This document shows, piece after piece, positions 62,578 through 64,000 of a stretch of 64,000 nucleotides of DNA. Both the position numbers and the translations under genes were made by a program. The stretch is from an uncultured Chloroflexia bacterium (GTDB lineage Bacteria > Chloroflexota > Chloroflexia > Thermomicrobiales > UBA6265). The notes below the pieces were generated by a model that searched no databases, was not told the origin of the DNA, and was given only the letters and a program-made list of their open reading frames with translations. Location of the stretch: assembly GCA_963724295.1 (NCBI GenBank), contig CAVRUC010000007.1:352001-416000 (forward strand). The letters are read 5' to 3'. Every line of letters begins with the position of its first letter. Position 1 is the first letter of the stretch.

Positions 62578-63806
62578 CCGCCAGATTGCTGCCGGTCGGA
62601 GCGTTCGTCTGCCTCTTTCGGGAGGCACTCGAATCGGACCCGCTCTATGCGGATCTCTGGCTTGAAGGCGAAGTCAGTGATCTGAGTCGCTCGTCGGCGG
62701 GGCATGTCTACTTCAATCTCCGTGACGACGATGGATGTCTGAAGTGCGTGCTCTTTCGCGGACAGGCGCTCCGCCAACATCACCCGCTGAAGTTTGGCGA
62801 CCAGGTCGTCGTCCATGGCGGGCTCTCGATCTACCCTCGCTCTGGCGCGATGCAGCTCGTCGCCGATCTCGTTCAACCAGCTGGGCTCGGGGCAGCCTCG
62901 CTCGAGCTGGAGTATCTGCGGCAGCGACTCGAAGCCGAGGGACTCTTCGACCCACTCCGCAAGCGCCCGCTGCCGACGTCGCCTGGCACGATCGGAGTCG
63001 TGACCTCGTTGCACGGCGCCGCCTGGCACGACATCGTCAACGTCGTTTCCCGGCGCTATCCGCTGGCCGACCTGGTGCTGTCACCGGCACAGGTACAGGG
63101 TGACGGGGCCGCGGAGAGCATCGTGCGGGCACTGCAAACACTCCAGGACGAAGCCGATGTCGACGTCGTCATCCTCGCTCGTGGCGGCGGCGCAAGCGAC
63201 GACTTGTCTGCGTTCAACGACGAACGAGTCGTGCGGGCGGTGTTCGCCCTCCGCGTCCCGGTCGTGGCGGGCGTCGGTCACGCGACCGATCGCACATTGG
63301 TCGAAGATGTCGCCGACGTCTTCGCACCGACACCCTCGGCGGCAGCGGAGTTGTGCGTCCCGTCAATTGCGGACCTGAGTGAGCGCTTGCTTTCGCTCGA
63401 ATCCCGCCTGCTCTGGTCGTTGGCGGCACGACGAGTAAACGATGAGACCGCACTGTTGGCCGCTTCTCGGCGGCTGCTGGCGGCTTGCCCGGCGCCACGA
63501 GTGCGAGAGCGAAGGATCGATATCGAAACCGCCGCAATTCGCATGCGCAGGGCCGCCACGGACAGGATTCTCCGCGGGAGGCAAAGCGTCGCGGTTTCCA
63601 GTGAGGTGCTGGCGGCGCTCGATCCCACAGCCGTGCTGCAACGCGGCTACGCGGCCCTGCAACGCACCGACGATGGGCTGCCGATCTTTAGCGTCAGCCA
63701 GGCAGAACCCGGGACAAGCATCGTCGCTCTCCTGGCGGATGGATCGCTGACATCGAGCGTCGAGGCCGTTCTGCCACGTTCGCCACATGCGGTGGTCAGT
63801 CGATGA
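62574..63806 (+). CDS. xseA: Exodeoxyribonuclease VII large subunit
   Basis: GEVS, GHVYF.L.D, EGLFD, VQG, ARGGG, GVGH.TD, PTPSAAAE, LQRGYA. Confidence 0.95.
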   Translation: MTARLLPVGAFVCLFREALESDPLYADLWLEGEVSDLSRSSAGHVYFNLRDDDGCLKCVLFRGQALRQHHPLKFGDQVVVHGGLSIYPRSGAMQLVADLVQPAGLGAASLELEYLRQRLEAEGLFDPLRKRPLPTSPGTIGVVTSLHGAAWHDIVNVVSRRYPLADLVLSPAQVQGDGAAESIVRALQTLQDEADVDVVILARGGGASDDLSAFNDERVVRAVFALRVPVVAGVGHATDRTLVEDVADVFAPTPSAAAELCVPSIADLSERLLSLESRLLWSLAARRVNDETALLAASRRLLAACPAPRVRERRIDIETAAIRMRRAATDRILRGRQSVAVSSEVLAALDPTAVLQRGYAALQRTDDGLPIFSVSQAEPGTSIVALLADGSLTSSVEAVLPRSPHAVVSR

Positions 63807-64000
63807 ATGATGTTGCGGGGAGTCCACCGTCGCTGGAAACGATCGGCACTCTGGTCGAAGATGGAGCATTTGAAGAGACGCTTTCCGCGCTCGAGCTGGT
63901 AGTAGAGCATTTGGAGCGCGGGCGTCTCACCATGGAGGAGTCGATAGCTTGGTATGAAGCCGGGCTCGGGCTGATGCGTCGTTGCTCTCAGCTTCTCGAA
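63803..64000 (+). CDS. xseB: Exodeoxyribonuclease VII small subunit (3'-truncated by window edge; absent from ORF track)
   Basis: ATGA overlap with xseA stop; translates MNDVAGS...FEETLSALELVVEHLERGRLTMEESIAWYEAGLGLMRRCSQLLE. Confidence 0.9.
   Translation, partial: MNDVAGSPPSLETIGTLVEDGAFEETLSALELVVEHLERGRLTMEESIAWYEAGLGLMRRCSQLLE

Overview
High-GC bacterial chromosomal segment. The Tat-exported solute-binding proteins, fused accD-accA, Arg-tip EF-P and gene order suggest Chloroflexota, probably Thermomicrobiales-like (inference). It is mostly core genome: nrdJ, cysK, moaDE/moeA/moaC, rel, lgt, dnaA, pepA, accDA, ilvE, a split opp system, hslVU, topA, dprA, scpAB, rrf2-iscS, tyrA, uvrB, and aroQ-M24 peptidase-efp-accB-xseAB. 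An accessory-looking left end carries sugar and peptide ABC components and a PucR-JAB-DinB-SnoaL-LutBA-HAD cluster. I found no transposase, integrase, phage gene, CRISPR array, tRNA or rRNA. Main observations: (1) a compact 6S-like RNA (12051-12197, minus) divergent from nrdJ, with three NrdR-like boxes at 32-bp spacing in the shared promoter region; (2) an orphan SdhD-linker-SdhC fusion in reversed order with about 7 TM helices; (3) a MoaD-MoaE fusion with a candidate JAMM processing protease 7.5 kb away; (4) a CbrT-like ECF S component beside the B12-dependent reductase; (5) a cytochrome c lipoprotein with His where the Met ligand is expected; (6) four apparent +1 frameshifts, probably sequencing artefacts. 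All family calls come from reading motifs by eye, and starts are best estimates. No database searches were run.
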